Positions 51,658-63,095 of a DNA stretch of 64,000 nt are shown one piece after another. The notes under the pieces were generated by a model. It saw only the letters and a list, made by a program, of their open reading frames with translations. It was not told the DNA's origin and searched no databases. Each line of letters starts with the position of its first letter. Position 1 is the first letter of the stretch. The stretch comes from Klebsormidium nitens (lineage: Eukaryota; Plantae; Klebsormidiophyceae): the NCBI GenBank assembly GCA_000708835.1, contig DF237020.1:175974-239973 (forward strand), given 5' to 3'. Both the position numbers and the translations under genes were made by a program.

Positions 51658-52923
51658 ATCCGTATTGGGTCTTTCGCATGCGGTCCAACTAGAAAGGACC
51701 GCGCCGGCCGGCACCCCATCTATGACACTCTTTGAAGCACAGCCCGATGTTCTCTTATGAGTTCAAACTACAAGGGCAATAAAGCTCCATTTCGTAGAAG
51801 CTCCATTGCTGAGAAGCTCCGTTGCTACTACTTTAGGGTTTTGTTCATGCTCCCTATGATTTCTTTCTTCCAACAGCCTCTACGTCCTTTGCCTGCTATA
51901 TATATTCAGAAATGACACATGTTTTGGCAACAGCGGCATGTCATGTTTGTGTGATCTCGTGCAGAGTTCCCTTCGATCCCATTCAGAATAGTGCAGAACT
52001 TCAGAAAGATCAATACTTTTGCATTGGGTTGAAGAAGAAGATTTGGAGCTCAAGCTTCTGACAGACCAGCATCAAAGCCGCATGACAATTGTGAGAGTGA
52101 GTTAGGGTCAACAACTAACAATCACCATCCCCGATGCTCCAAGTTACTTGTTGGCTGCAACTCATGGGCTTCGACTAGCAACAGAGCACTTGCATGTTTT
52201 TTAGGTAATCAACAAATCGATTATTGCGAGATCCCATTCTAGATAGTACTGACGAATGGCAATTGACTATCGACGAATGGCAATTCCAATCTTCCAAATA
52301 CAGTGTATTGTGGTCATATTCAATCAGGTGGCATGCATCTAAACGAACTTTAGCGTCGAGTTTGCAGAAGGCCATGGCAGTGGATCCTTCCGAAGCTTTC
52401 ACCATGTCCGAGTAGGACATGCGAATGCATATATGTGCAAATATTGGAATAGTTGCAAAGCCAGATGATTGCGCTGCACTTTCCTATAAAAACGTCTGCT
52501 CTGAGCTCCAAACACGTGCATTAATGGCGAGACAAAAACATCTTTTTCTACCTCTGGCGGAGGTGACGTCCTTCGCTTCCTGTGCCAGTAACCGTTCTGC
52601 TCTTGGGGCGCGTCAGGCTGCCTTACTCGTTCAGATCAACAGCTCCGCTGTTCCGTTTGGGTCGTTCCGGTCGTCTACTTCCGGTCGCGTCTCATATTGA
52701 GGCCAGACTGACGGATAATTCGACACGGAACCAAGACGTAACCGGCGTGTGGGCACGCAAGGTCGCACAGACGGTCTAGAACAACACGGGAATTAGCCTG
52801 TTTAGTCTGAATAAAGGCAGCAACCTGGAAACCATCTAAACAAGGTCTAGGATCTTGTTGTTCAATTGAATTGATAGCCAATAGCAACTCTCACCCGCAG
52901 CAGATTAGACTCCTGTACAAAAG

Positions 52924-55900
52924 ATGGCAGAGTCGGCAGCAGCTGATGATTATCGGAAACACTTGCTGGCAGCCCTCGAAAGTATTGAACGACCTGGCAG
53001 CTTCAGCTTTGGGGCTTCGCTCAAGAGCTTCTTCCATCCTGGATTGGAGGTTCCTGAGCTTGGTTCTGTTGGACTACCGCTAACGTATGAGCAGGCACAA
53101 CAACTGGCAAAACTCTGTTCCCAAGCACCCTTTGGGCGGAGGTAAGTCTACCTCTGAAAAGCTTAGCATGTCGAGTACTTTTTCAGGTTCGGTTTAGGAG
53201 GACAAGGGAACTTGTCTTTTTTTTGCATGTCATATAGAAATCTCCGTTCAGTTTGTTCAAGATTGCTGACCACAATTGCGTCATTATTTGACCAGTTTGA
53301 CATACAAAGCTTATCATTATCCACATCTTCGTGATATTCAAGCCTGAAAAACTGAGATACACTCTCTTGTTGAGCGAAAAGTACTGCCTGTGATGCCTTC
53401 GGGGTTTACGTGCATCTAATTTTGAAGTGGCAACTCACCTTATTCCATATAATCATGTTCCCTATGGGCTTCGTTTTGAAGGCTTCTAGTAAGATGCCCT
53501 TTCAAGATCTCCAGCCCTCTGGCCAACCCCATTTCCAGGTCATCTTATCAGACCTATGCACAAGATTGATTCTTTGATTGTGAGCGTGCTCTTGAAATTC
53601 GACTTTGACGTTTATGAATTTTTGTTTTCAGGGAGAGAATCATCTACGATGACAGCGTCCGCAAGTGTCTGCAGCTGTCACCCGACCAGTTCAGCCTGGC
53701 TGGCCCCGGATGGGATGCGCAAGTCCAAAAGCTGGCAAATCAGGAAGTGAAGCGAGGCCTCGGGCTTCCTGAGGGCGTCAAAATTGTGGCAAATGCTTAC
53801 AAACTTCTTTTGTATGAGGTCGGCGGCCACTTCAAAGTCCACCAAGATACCGAAAAAGAGGACGGCATGTTCGGGACTCTGGTTTTCGTGCTGCCATCGG
53901 CGCATTCTGGAGGTAAGCATGATGCAGTACCGCAACCCGTTCAAGCTTTTGCTTTCGACTGAAGCAACAAGACGAGAGGAATTTGTGAAGATTGGATCAC
54001 TCGTTTTTCTAGGACATTTGGCCTTGTCTATTTTCTGCAATCCTTTCGTCGGTAAGCTTCAATTTGGATTGCGAAAGCATGCTCCAATCGTGGGGTTAGG
54101 GACTCAAATGTCTGAAACTGAACGCGCCTTACTCTCAGGGGAGCTTGTGGTACGTCACGCGGGTAAGAAGAACACGTACGACTATGCCAGGGAGGACGTC
54201 TACGCAATCCACTATGCTGCATTCTTTGCGGACTGCGAGCACGAGCTTCTGCCCATCCAAACGGGTTACCGACTAGCCCTGATCTATAACCTCGTCGTGA
54301 AGGTAGGTCGGCAAATATCCTTCGCTTCTCTATACTCTGTTTGGGAAATTCCTCGCCGCTGCTCGTGATCACTTCTGATATACAGAGAGAGAAGGTCAGC
54401 CGGTGGTGAAGTAACCAAGCGCAAGATCGCATTTTTGCCCCATTTTTGCAACCATCCAGAACATGTGCTTTCGTAATTGACTGAGGGACGTTTTGATCAG
54501 TGCCTCAAGTAAACGTCGAAGAAGAAGATACGGGGAAAGTGTTCTCCTTTGTCGCGTTGGAATTTGATCTGATCGTACTACCTATTCTCTTTAGGATCAA
54601 AATCTGAAAAGGAAAGGGCGACATTGTTCCATTCGTTTAATGTTCATCAGATTCACAGTAGGCCTTTTCTCAAAAACTCTACCCTTTGCAGAGCTCAAAT
54701 CGATTCCAAGGCCCTGCCGACAACACAAAAGCTACCGCAGAAGTCGCCGAAGCCATTAAGCGATGGACCCAAGATAGCAACGGAACCAAGAGAGTGGTCT
54801 TTCCTCTGGAGCACCAGTACACCCAGGAGAGCTTGTCGTATGACAGGCTGCGTGGGAGAGACATAGCGACGGTCGAAGTCCTCCTGCAGGCAGCTAAGGT
54901 AGGAATTCTTTGAAGCTTTTTGAGGGGACCTGATTTGCTTGGCTTTGCAGCAACCAAAGCCTCTGGTCACGCCCGGATCAGAAGACGTCCATACCTAAGG
55001 TTCCGGTAATGGACTCGCTTGTGCACTGCGCTTCCGTATGCAGGAACTTTTACATGCTAATTCCTGTGCCAATTCTGCAGACCCGCAACGCCCCTGACGT
55101 CCACCTTTATCTGGGAATGCTACAGAAGTTCGAATCGCGCAAGGTGGCCTATCCTGAACGCGACTTCGACACCTCATTTGCCTTCAGCAACGCTGTACCC
55201 TTGCATGGTTACTCAGGCACCTACAAATGCATCAGAATCAAGGGAGAGGGTAAGTTAACTTCTTCAAAGGGCTCGCTGATCCCCTTGTTGTTAATTTTGT
55301 ACACCTTGAGGGACGGTGATCTAGATCACTGTGATAGAAGCAAGAAGCTCGGTGATTTGTTTTTGCAGATGAAGAGCTCAGGCGCGAGCGACAATCCTTC
55401 TCACCATAAAGGAGAGTGGAAGAAACTTTGTGGGAACTTTAGAACGCGTATGTGCTTTTGTCCGAGTATGACGTTAAGCGCTGGTCGGGACTGTATTCAT
55501 TTGCAGAGCTGATATCCGAGATCGCTCTCGCCGGCCGGGAATGGGAAGAAGAGGAGGAGCGCTCCACCGGGAATGAGGGGACCATGGAAGAGCGCTGGTT
55601 CCACCACGCCGCTCTGGTGATTTGGCCGCATGCCAGACACTGGAAGATAGCCTACAAAAACGACCAATATACGGTTCTGAAGGTGAGATGATCTGTAGCA
55701 CAAAACTCTCTGAAGATCGTCACGCTGGTCTGGATCTCAAGCTCTTGCTGGTAGACGAGAAGCAAACAGACTGATACGAATAAACAATCAGCAGCGAGGA
55801 AGACAGGCACTTCTGCTGAGTGGCAGCTTTGTTGTATCCATTTTTTCGCGGTCGCGCGCATGGCACCCCGTTTCATAAAGCGCGGCAACAAGCAAGCGTT

Positions 55901-57563
55901 GCCTAGCATCTGTTTGTCGTCGATCGGAAGCACTCTTTGACCACTGATCTCCCCGTGTTTGCAGGAAGCATGTTCTCTCTCCGACACCGTGACAGCTTTG
56001 CCGCGCCTTCTGGAAGCCGCCTGCTTGACCCAGGGTCGGCTCAGTCTCGGAGAAGCAAGCACTGTCGCAACGCTGGTACTTGAGCACGGACACGTGTATG
56101 CCGTCGAAGAGCTGGCGGTCGCCGTCAAAGAGCTCTGCGCGCCGCACTGGCGGCTCTCCAATACCTCCGATCCGACAGTGGCGGGGCTGATCGCAAAACA
56201 CGGCTACGTGGACCTCGCAAAGGTGAGCCAGTCTCTGATATTGATGGTACAATTGATGAGTCGGAGGCTGTTGTCAGCTTGCAAAGAAAAGCTGGGAAGC
56301 CAAGGCGTGCCACTGAGTATCCGTGAGCGAGTGGTTTCGAGACGATCACAACGAATGTCGTTTCGTTGCGCGCTGTGAATGTTGATGCGAATCGGCTGTG
56401 ACCGATCAATTTTCGTGCTTTCATTGGTGAGCGCAGGTGTTCATCCGAAAGTACGGGGGCCCACGGTACTCCGAAGATCCCGGCGTCGTGGTCCTTCTCG
56501 GGGCCCGTTTCGGTTGGAAAGCTTTAGAAACGGCTGTCATTGACTGGCTGCATCGAACCTTTGCCCTCGCGTATGGAGACGAAGACTGCTTCCGGTTGCT
56601 GCTTCAGATTTGCGACGCCGCTCCAAAGGAGCAGATGAACATTGATATAGAAACACAGACTGGAGAAAATGGAAAGGGGCTGTCGGTCGGGACCGGGCGC
56701 ACTGAAGGGGACTCAAATATCCTCGGAAATGAGCAGGAGAGATGGGCCGTAGTTGACAAAGCCCTAGCAGCGTTGGTTACGTCTACGTCCACAAAGTGGT
56801 CAGGCTCATCCAGCGGTCTGACTCGTCTGACAGAACTCTTGTCCAAACACTACTTTGGACAAGTCCTGGAGCGGTTCGGGTGGCAGCCTTGGATGCCCGC
56901 CATCGACTGCCTCATCTTAGACAGTCTGACGTGTTCACTGAATGCGATCCAGGGTTTGCTTGGGGCCGTTACAGTGCTCCATCCGGACGTTGAGATGCTC
57001 GGTGCCTCGTCCGAACGGACTCAGGCGGCGGCCACGTCCGGAAACGTCGCTTCCATGGCTGCGGACATTTGTCAGAAGCTGTCCGGCAAACTGGTGTCCC
57101 AGTTGCTCGACGAGAACGAGTCGAACAGCTCTGCGGAGCGCTATCCCTACACCCAGTACTACATCTCCCGGCTGCTAGGGGCGCTGCACTGCTGGGGCTT
57201 CGACGGCGACGCTTTGAAAAAGCTGGTCGCTCACTTTGTGGCCCATCCGCAGCTCTATGACCTAGATAAAGCTCTCCTGCCGGCGCTTACAGAGCTCTGG
57301 GCCTGGCTGAAAGAGCTGAAAGAGGCAACTTCCCCGGCCTGGATCGTCGAGTTTTGCCGAGGCTGTCTCGAAGCGCTTGATAGGAGCCGCGGCGACCCCC
57401 CGCTGAGAGCGCGCGATTGGGCGGCGCGTGTGGAGTGCGGCTGCGGCTGCCTGTACTGCAAGCATCTCGTTGAGTTCTGCCTCGATCCGGTGAAGATAGA
57501 GACACAATCATTTGCGGGGCTGGGTATACAGGCGAAGGCGCACGTGATCGACTCCATCCAGCG
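52924..57563 (+). CDS. 2OG-Fe(II) oxygenase (2OG-FeII_Oxy_3 / prolyl-hydroxylase-like) with long C-terminal helical region, at least 866 aa; exons 52924-53141, 53632-53912, 54139-54302, 54692-54898, 55081-55249, 55507-55682, 55965-56222, 56437-57563; last exon unresolved
   Basis: PGLEVPELGSVGLPLT..QAPFGR; YKLLLYEVGGHFKVHQDTEKEDGMFGTLVFVLPSAHSGGELVVRH; AAFFADCEHELLPIQTGYRLALIYNL (H-x-D...H...R intact); LEHQYTQESLSYDRLRGRD; TGNEG..ERWFHHAALVIWP. Phases are consistent. Confidence 0.88.
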
Positions 57564-58825
57564 GTAAGGAATCTTGGCTGGCAAACCATGTCTCTCAACT
57601 TCAGATTGCGAAGATCTTGTTTGCGGTGTCTAGTTCGTACCGTTAAAGTTTTCTAGTAAAACCGAAGCGTGTGGTCCGTCCGTTACTTCATCAGGTTAGT
57701 GACTGCATCAACTTTGCCGTTTCTTTATGCTAGCAGAACATTCTAACATGGACGTCTTTCATATTGCTCAAACGAAAGGATCAAAGGCTTCTCTCATCCA
57801 AAGAGATGTGTCTTTAATGTCCCTCTGGTTTTCAACGACATCATCTCGTGCGCTCCCTCTCGTAGGTACAATATGCCCATTTACTCGTACGGAAACCTGC
57901 TAGTCTGCGTCAAGAAAGGGGCTCCAAGCCTACTTACTTCTTCTACTGACCGAAAAGGGCGGAAGGACTGGCAGAAGAATTTGAAAAGGGTCAAAAGGCG
58001 TGCAGCATATTAGAAGACTTACTTGTTGAGATGTTGAAGGCCTAATCCTTGAGCAGCGATTATCTCTCCTTGTAGGTTGTGCAGGCTCTGTGGGTGCAGT
58101 GCCATTGACAGCAACAGGCTTTGTAGCATTAGCATGCTTGAAGCAGCCATAACAGCATGATGCATGGGTGCAGTTGACGGCATGTTTATATCTTTGGTCA
58201 CGGCCATGTGCGACGCAACGCGCCACCCGGGATGAGACTCCCCGCTCGCGATTTTGATTTGCCGGCCTTGCGACCGCAGGATTGACTCGAATTGTGAGCA
58301 TTTCGTAGGCACTTCGCAATCTTGACCGTCCACATAAAGCAAATTTCAATTGACAACGGTCCTTAGCTATTAGTACGGGCTGCTTCGTATTGATCGTGTT
58401 CGTCTGAGTGGGTTTGCGGCCAAGGGAAAAGACTCCAAAACCCGTAGAGAGATGACAGATAGAATATGATAGTTGTTGAATGTCGTCGGTGCTTGAGCGG
58501 CGATCGCGCGCCCTTGCAATCCACCCGGACTCAACTGTCTCAATTTTCTGCATGCAAAAGCGATCCCCCCAGGCATCTTGCAGTAACAGATCAGCCAGAT
58601 AAGCGGAAGATTCTCAAATATCATGAAAAAAGCAGGCTGCAGGCTGCAGGCTGCAGGCTTTGCCTTTTAGCCCAGTGCTGACTCCGACAATATGTTCATA
58701 ATACGTGCGCTTCAAGTACGAAAAGTAAAACATCTGAAGAAGCTTAAAGTGCGACACGCCCGCAGGCCACTTTGAACCTTCCGACCTGTCTTTTCGGTTG
58801 GCCGCGGCCGGCGATCACAAAAGTT

Positions 58826-58885
58826 CTAAACCTTGCCGGGGCAGGAAAGCGGCCGCGGGACTCCGCGCGGCTGGCCGGCCGCTCA
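58826..58885 (+). promoter_or_regulatory. Upstream module copy 3: CTAAACCTTG, AAAGCGGCCGCG, GGCCGGCCGC
   Basis: Core 12-mer at 58846-58857, ~270 bp upstream of the ATG of the second dioxygenase copy. Confidence 0.45.
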
Positions 58886-59126
58886 CTAAGAAGAAACTCC
58901 GCTGACCCGACTCCGGTTGTTCCGGTCTACTGTTTGCAAAAGGACTGTGTGCGGAAATGCTAAGTTTCCACCATAAGCCCATGGCAATCTTGAGCGGGAC
59001 GGGACTTCATATGCCTAAACAAAGACAGGTACCTGAGAAAATCTGAACAAAGATAGGCGCACAACGACTCTGCTACAGTAGTCACCGCCACTGACGACTC
59101 TCACAGTTGCAGAATCGTAGAGAGCT

Positions 59127-60522
59127 ATGGCGGACTCAGCAGCAAATGGTTACTGCCGCAGATTACTCTCCGCTCTCAAAAGTATCGAGCGCTCTGGCAG
59201 CTTCAGTGTTGGTGCTTCGCTCGAAAGCTTCTTTCCTCCTGGCTTGGAGATCCCTGACCTTGGTTCAATTGGACTACCGCTGACACGTCAGCAGGCACTG
59301 CACCTCGCAGAAATATGTTCCCAAGCACCATTTGGACGCGGGTAAGTTTACTTTTGAAGACGTTAGCACGTTGAGTACTTGTCCAGGAGATGATCATCGA
59401 CTGAAGAGAACGTGAAGAACCTACTTTGTATGAAGCTTCCTTGTATTTGGAGAATGCCGTTTGTTCAGTTTGTTCAAATGACCAGCCACACGCTTTTGTT
59501 AATAAAAAGCAACATGTTTCTGAAGATCGTTTGGACATGCGTTTCTTGATGATTAAAGCTGGTAGGGAATAGCCATCTTTTCATTGCCAAAAGCTAGCTG
59601 CCAATGAGCCTTCAATGTCAAAGTGCATTCTATAAGCTGGCAACTTGAAAACTCAGCCATAGGTGTCAGTTTTATGCTCTTCAGTCAAATTTTCTTGTAC
59701 AGCCTTTTCATCCCAAGCAAACACCATAGCCAGGTGACGAGGGGTCTTCTCGTGCACAGGGGTCACTTTACATGTCCTGAACGTGCTCTTGATGACTCGA
59801 ATTTGACACTTGTAATTTTCTCCGTCCAGAGAAGAAACAGTCTACGACGACAGCGTCCGCAAGTGTTTGCAGCTGTCCCCCGACCAGTTCAGCCTGGCGG
59901 GACGCGGATGGGACGCTCAAGTCCAGAAGCTGGCAAATCAGGAAGTGAAGCGAGGCCTCGGGCTTCCTGACGGCATCAAAGTTGTGGCAAATCCTTACAA
60001 GCTTCTCTTATATCAATTCGGCGGCCACTTCAAAGTCGACCGAGATTCTGAGAAAGAGAACGGCACGTTTGGGACTCTGGTCTTCGTGCTGCCATCGGCG
60101 CATTCTGGAGGTAAGTCTGATGCAGTGAGGATGCAGTATCCGACTTCTTCGATTTTCGCCTTTTTCGATTTTCGCCTTTAATCGAGAGCGAATACAAAGA
60201 GACTTTTCAAGCAATTCCATCCTCTTTGATTGCTTACGGAACCTGTCAACATGCATTTCTCCTGTTGTTAAGCTTCAATCTGTGTGTGTCGCGATTGTAC
60301 TCTAAATCGACCAGCTGGGGACTCAACACTCTGAATATAGCACGTCTCTTGTTCTCAGGGGAGCATGTGATACGTCACGCCGGGCAGACAAATACGTACG
60401 ACTTTGCCAACGATGACGTCTACGCGATCCACTATGCTGCATTCTTTGGGGAATGCGAACACGGGATCTTGCCAATCCAAGCGGGCTACCGACTAGCCCT
60501 AATCTATAACCTCATTGCAAAG
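59127..60522 (+). CDS. Tandem paralog of the dioxygenase, catalytic-domain exons only (59127-59341, 59830-60110, 60359-60522), HxD changed to DxD; 3' end unresolved, possibly a pseudogene
   Basis: Exon 2 and 3 lengths (281, 164 nt) are identical to copy A and splice sites are intact. GHFKVDRDSEK replaces GHFKVHQDTEK (GAC at 60038-60040). No equivalents of exons 4-8 are recognisable downstream. Confidence 0.75.
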
Positions 60523-61077
60523 GTAAGTCATGAAGGTCTGCAAAGCTGCTACCCGTATTCCGTTCCCTGGATTATAATGACCGGAAAAGGCCTTGCCGCT
60601 GCTCGTGAAAAGGTTGGGCCATCAACGCGTGATTGCGTCAAGAAGTGCAAGTTGCAATTGATATGAATATTCGATGACGGCAGGTTTTCTACGTGCTTCA
60701 AAATGCTGCCTCAATCTACTTCTCAGCACCTGAAGAAGGGATCAGGGTTAGAATCCTTGTTTTCTATGGCGTATAACTTTGATCATCACCGTTCTATGCA
60801 GTCTCTTCACGATCAGAATTAGCAATCGAAGGGCGCAATCGTCACACAGATTGTATCCTTGATCAGAGGTACCAGCGTTTCGGTTATAAGGAAAGCGTCC
60901 GTTCGGGCGTTGATCCAGGTAGACGTTCATCGCTTTCCTCTGTCCTGAAGTGTCAATCACCAGCTGCACGTTGTACTCAGATTGCCTACTGCAGAACAGA
61001 CGCGCTTTGCAGACAGACGGCCGTTGTGTTGAGAAAACACCGTGCTTCTACTTACAACTCTCTTCGGTCCTGTGCAG

Positions 61078-63042
61078 ATATACCGTACGCCACCTGGGTG
61101 CGAGCCAAGGAGGCGATTCCTCGGCCCTGGAAGAGGAAGGGCTCGGGCCGAGTTCCGAAGAAGCGCTTCTTCGTCTTGGATCTCAAGCAACTTAGTCAGG
61201 GTTCCGATGCAGAGATTGACAGAGCGGCCTCCGAGTATGACAGCGAGGCGGAGTGGGAGGCTCAGGGAGTCGAGCGGGAGAAAGAGCGGAAAGCGAGACG
61301 TGTGGAGAGAAATGCAGCTGCGTTCACCGCTCGACACCCCCCGGTTGCCGGCGGGCCGAAGCGGCGTGCTTCGATCGCCCTGGAGGAGGGTCCACGGCCG
61401 CAGAAACGAAGCCGGCTGTCCCTCCCAGCTATTCTCCCCTCTCCCCAGACCCTAAAACCCCAATTCCTCGAATACCTCCCCATCGTCCAGGGGAATGAGC
61501 TGCCTCGGTCGCCGCTGTCCAGAAACTCCGCTCCAGATCCCTATGCAGAGGCTTCTCTGCTCGCCATGATGGCATTCTACGCGTCTCCCAGTCCGAGCGA
61601 GACGAGTCGAGACGGCGGGGAAGAGAGACTCGTCGCGGGAAACGTCGATTCCGGTTCTCAGAGAGGGGTGAGGGGTGAGGAGGAACTTGTGGTGCGAGAA
61701 AATTCGGGGGAACCTCCGGGTGTCGAAAGGGTGCAGGAGGAGGAGAACGGAGAGACTGTCACAGGAGCTGTCCCAGACGCGGAGCGAGGGGGCGGTGGGT
61801 CAGGGGACAACGTAGAATTNNNNNNNNNNNNNNNNNNNNNNNNNNNNNNNNNNNNNNNNNNNNNNNNNNNNNNNNNNNNNNNNNNNNNNNNNNNNNNNNN
61901 NNNNNNNNNNNNNNNNNNNNNNNNNNNNNNNNNNNNNNNNNNNNNNNNNNNNNNNNNNNNNNNNNNNNNNNNNNNNNNNNNNNNNNNNNNNNNNNNNNNN
62001 NNNNNNNNNNNNNNNNNNNNNNNNNNNNNNNNNNNNNNNNNNNNNNNNNNNNNNNNNNNNNNNNNNNNNNNNNNNNNNNNNNNNNNNNNNNNNNNNNNNN
62101 NNNNNNNNNNNNNNNNNNNNNNNNNNNNNNNNNNNNNNNNNNNNNNNNNNNNNNNNNNNNNNNNNNNNNNNNNTGCCGGAGCAGGAGAACGGGGGAGCTG
62201 TGCCAGACGCCGAGACTCAGGCGAGAGCGGGCGATGCTGGGCAGGAGGAAGACCGCGAGGTGCTCCGTATCCAGGCTCGCGACGCGGGAGGGCCTGAGGG
62301 GGATGAAGACGAAGACGAAGAGGATATTCGTGTCATCCCTCGGGTGAGTAAGGCAGAGGAGCGACCTTGCTTCCGTAAGTCGAAACAGTCCGTGCGTTGT
62401 GAAGACGCTCGAGCACGCTTCCCGATTCTCTTTTACGCGTTCTCTGAGATATTTGTCGAACATCGTGCAGCGGCGGCCCCGCGGGAGAGCCGTGATCTTG
62501 GAGAACGAGCGGCGGCCCCGCGGGAGAGCCGTGATCCTGGAGAACGGGCGGAGACAAAACGCAGAGAAGCCTGTTATCCAGGTAAGCTGAGCCTACACCT
62601 CCACAAGAGTCCGCAGATTACCTTTAGCGTTTGCACCGACCTTGCACCAGAGGTGTCTTCTGTCAGCCTGTGAGCACCGTCTTGCGCGCCGTCCAAATAT
62701 TGAGTCAAACATGACGGGTGCGTATTTGCCACGCACGCCGTCGTCCTAGAAGTCGATGAGGATTATCACCGCTACTACAACGTCTCGTGCGAGGTGGACC
62801 GCATGGGCAAGATCAAGGACCTCGTTCGACTCCCGATACACTTTGTACGTTTCAACCCCGCCAAGAGGCGCTATGGGCTCCTGAAAGACCTTCTGGAACG
62901 CCTTTTTCTCGATTCCAAAGGCGCAGAGAATGCCGCAGGAGTATATGTGCACTTCGTTGGGTACCCTGAGGATAGGGTCCGAGAGCTCAACGACGAGGAA
63001 GAATTCTGCTTCCAGTACGCATCAGTCGCAAGTATTGATTGA
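61078..63042 (+). CDS. Uncharacterised gene with acidic low-complexity/repeat region crossing the assembly gap; exons ~61078-62581 and 62749-63042; 5' end unresolved
   Basis: Long open frame on both sides of the gap; phase-1 donor at 62581 joins an acceptor at 62748 giving EVDEDYHRYYNVSCEVDRMGKIKDLVRLPIHFVRFNPAKRRYGLLKDLLERLFL. No recognised domain. Confidence 0.45.
61820..62173. other. Assembly gap (354 N)
   Basis: Run of N in the sequence. Confidence 1.
62470..62547 (+). repeat. 39-bp tandem duplication encoding AAAPRESRD(L/P)GER twice
   Basis: Direct reading of the sequence. Confidence 0.9.
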
Positions 63043-63095
63043 TAGAATTCCTGTGATAGCAGAGTGAGTGAAACAACAGAAGTATTTTTAGAATC

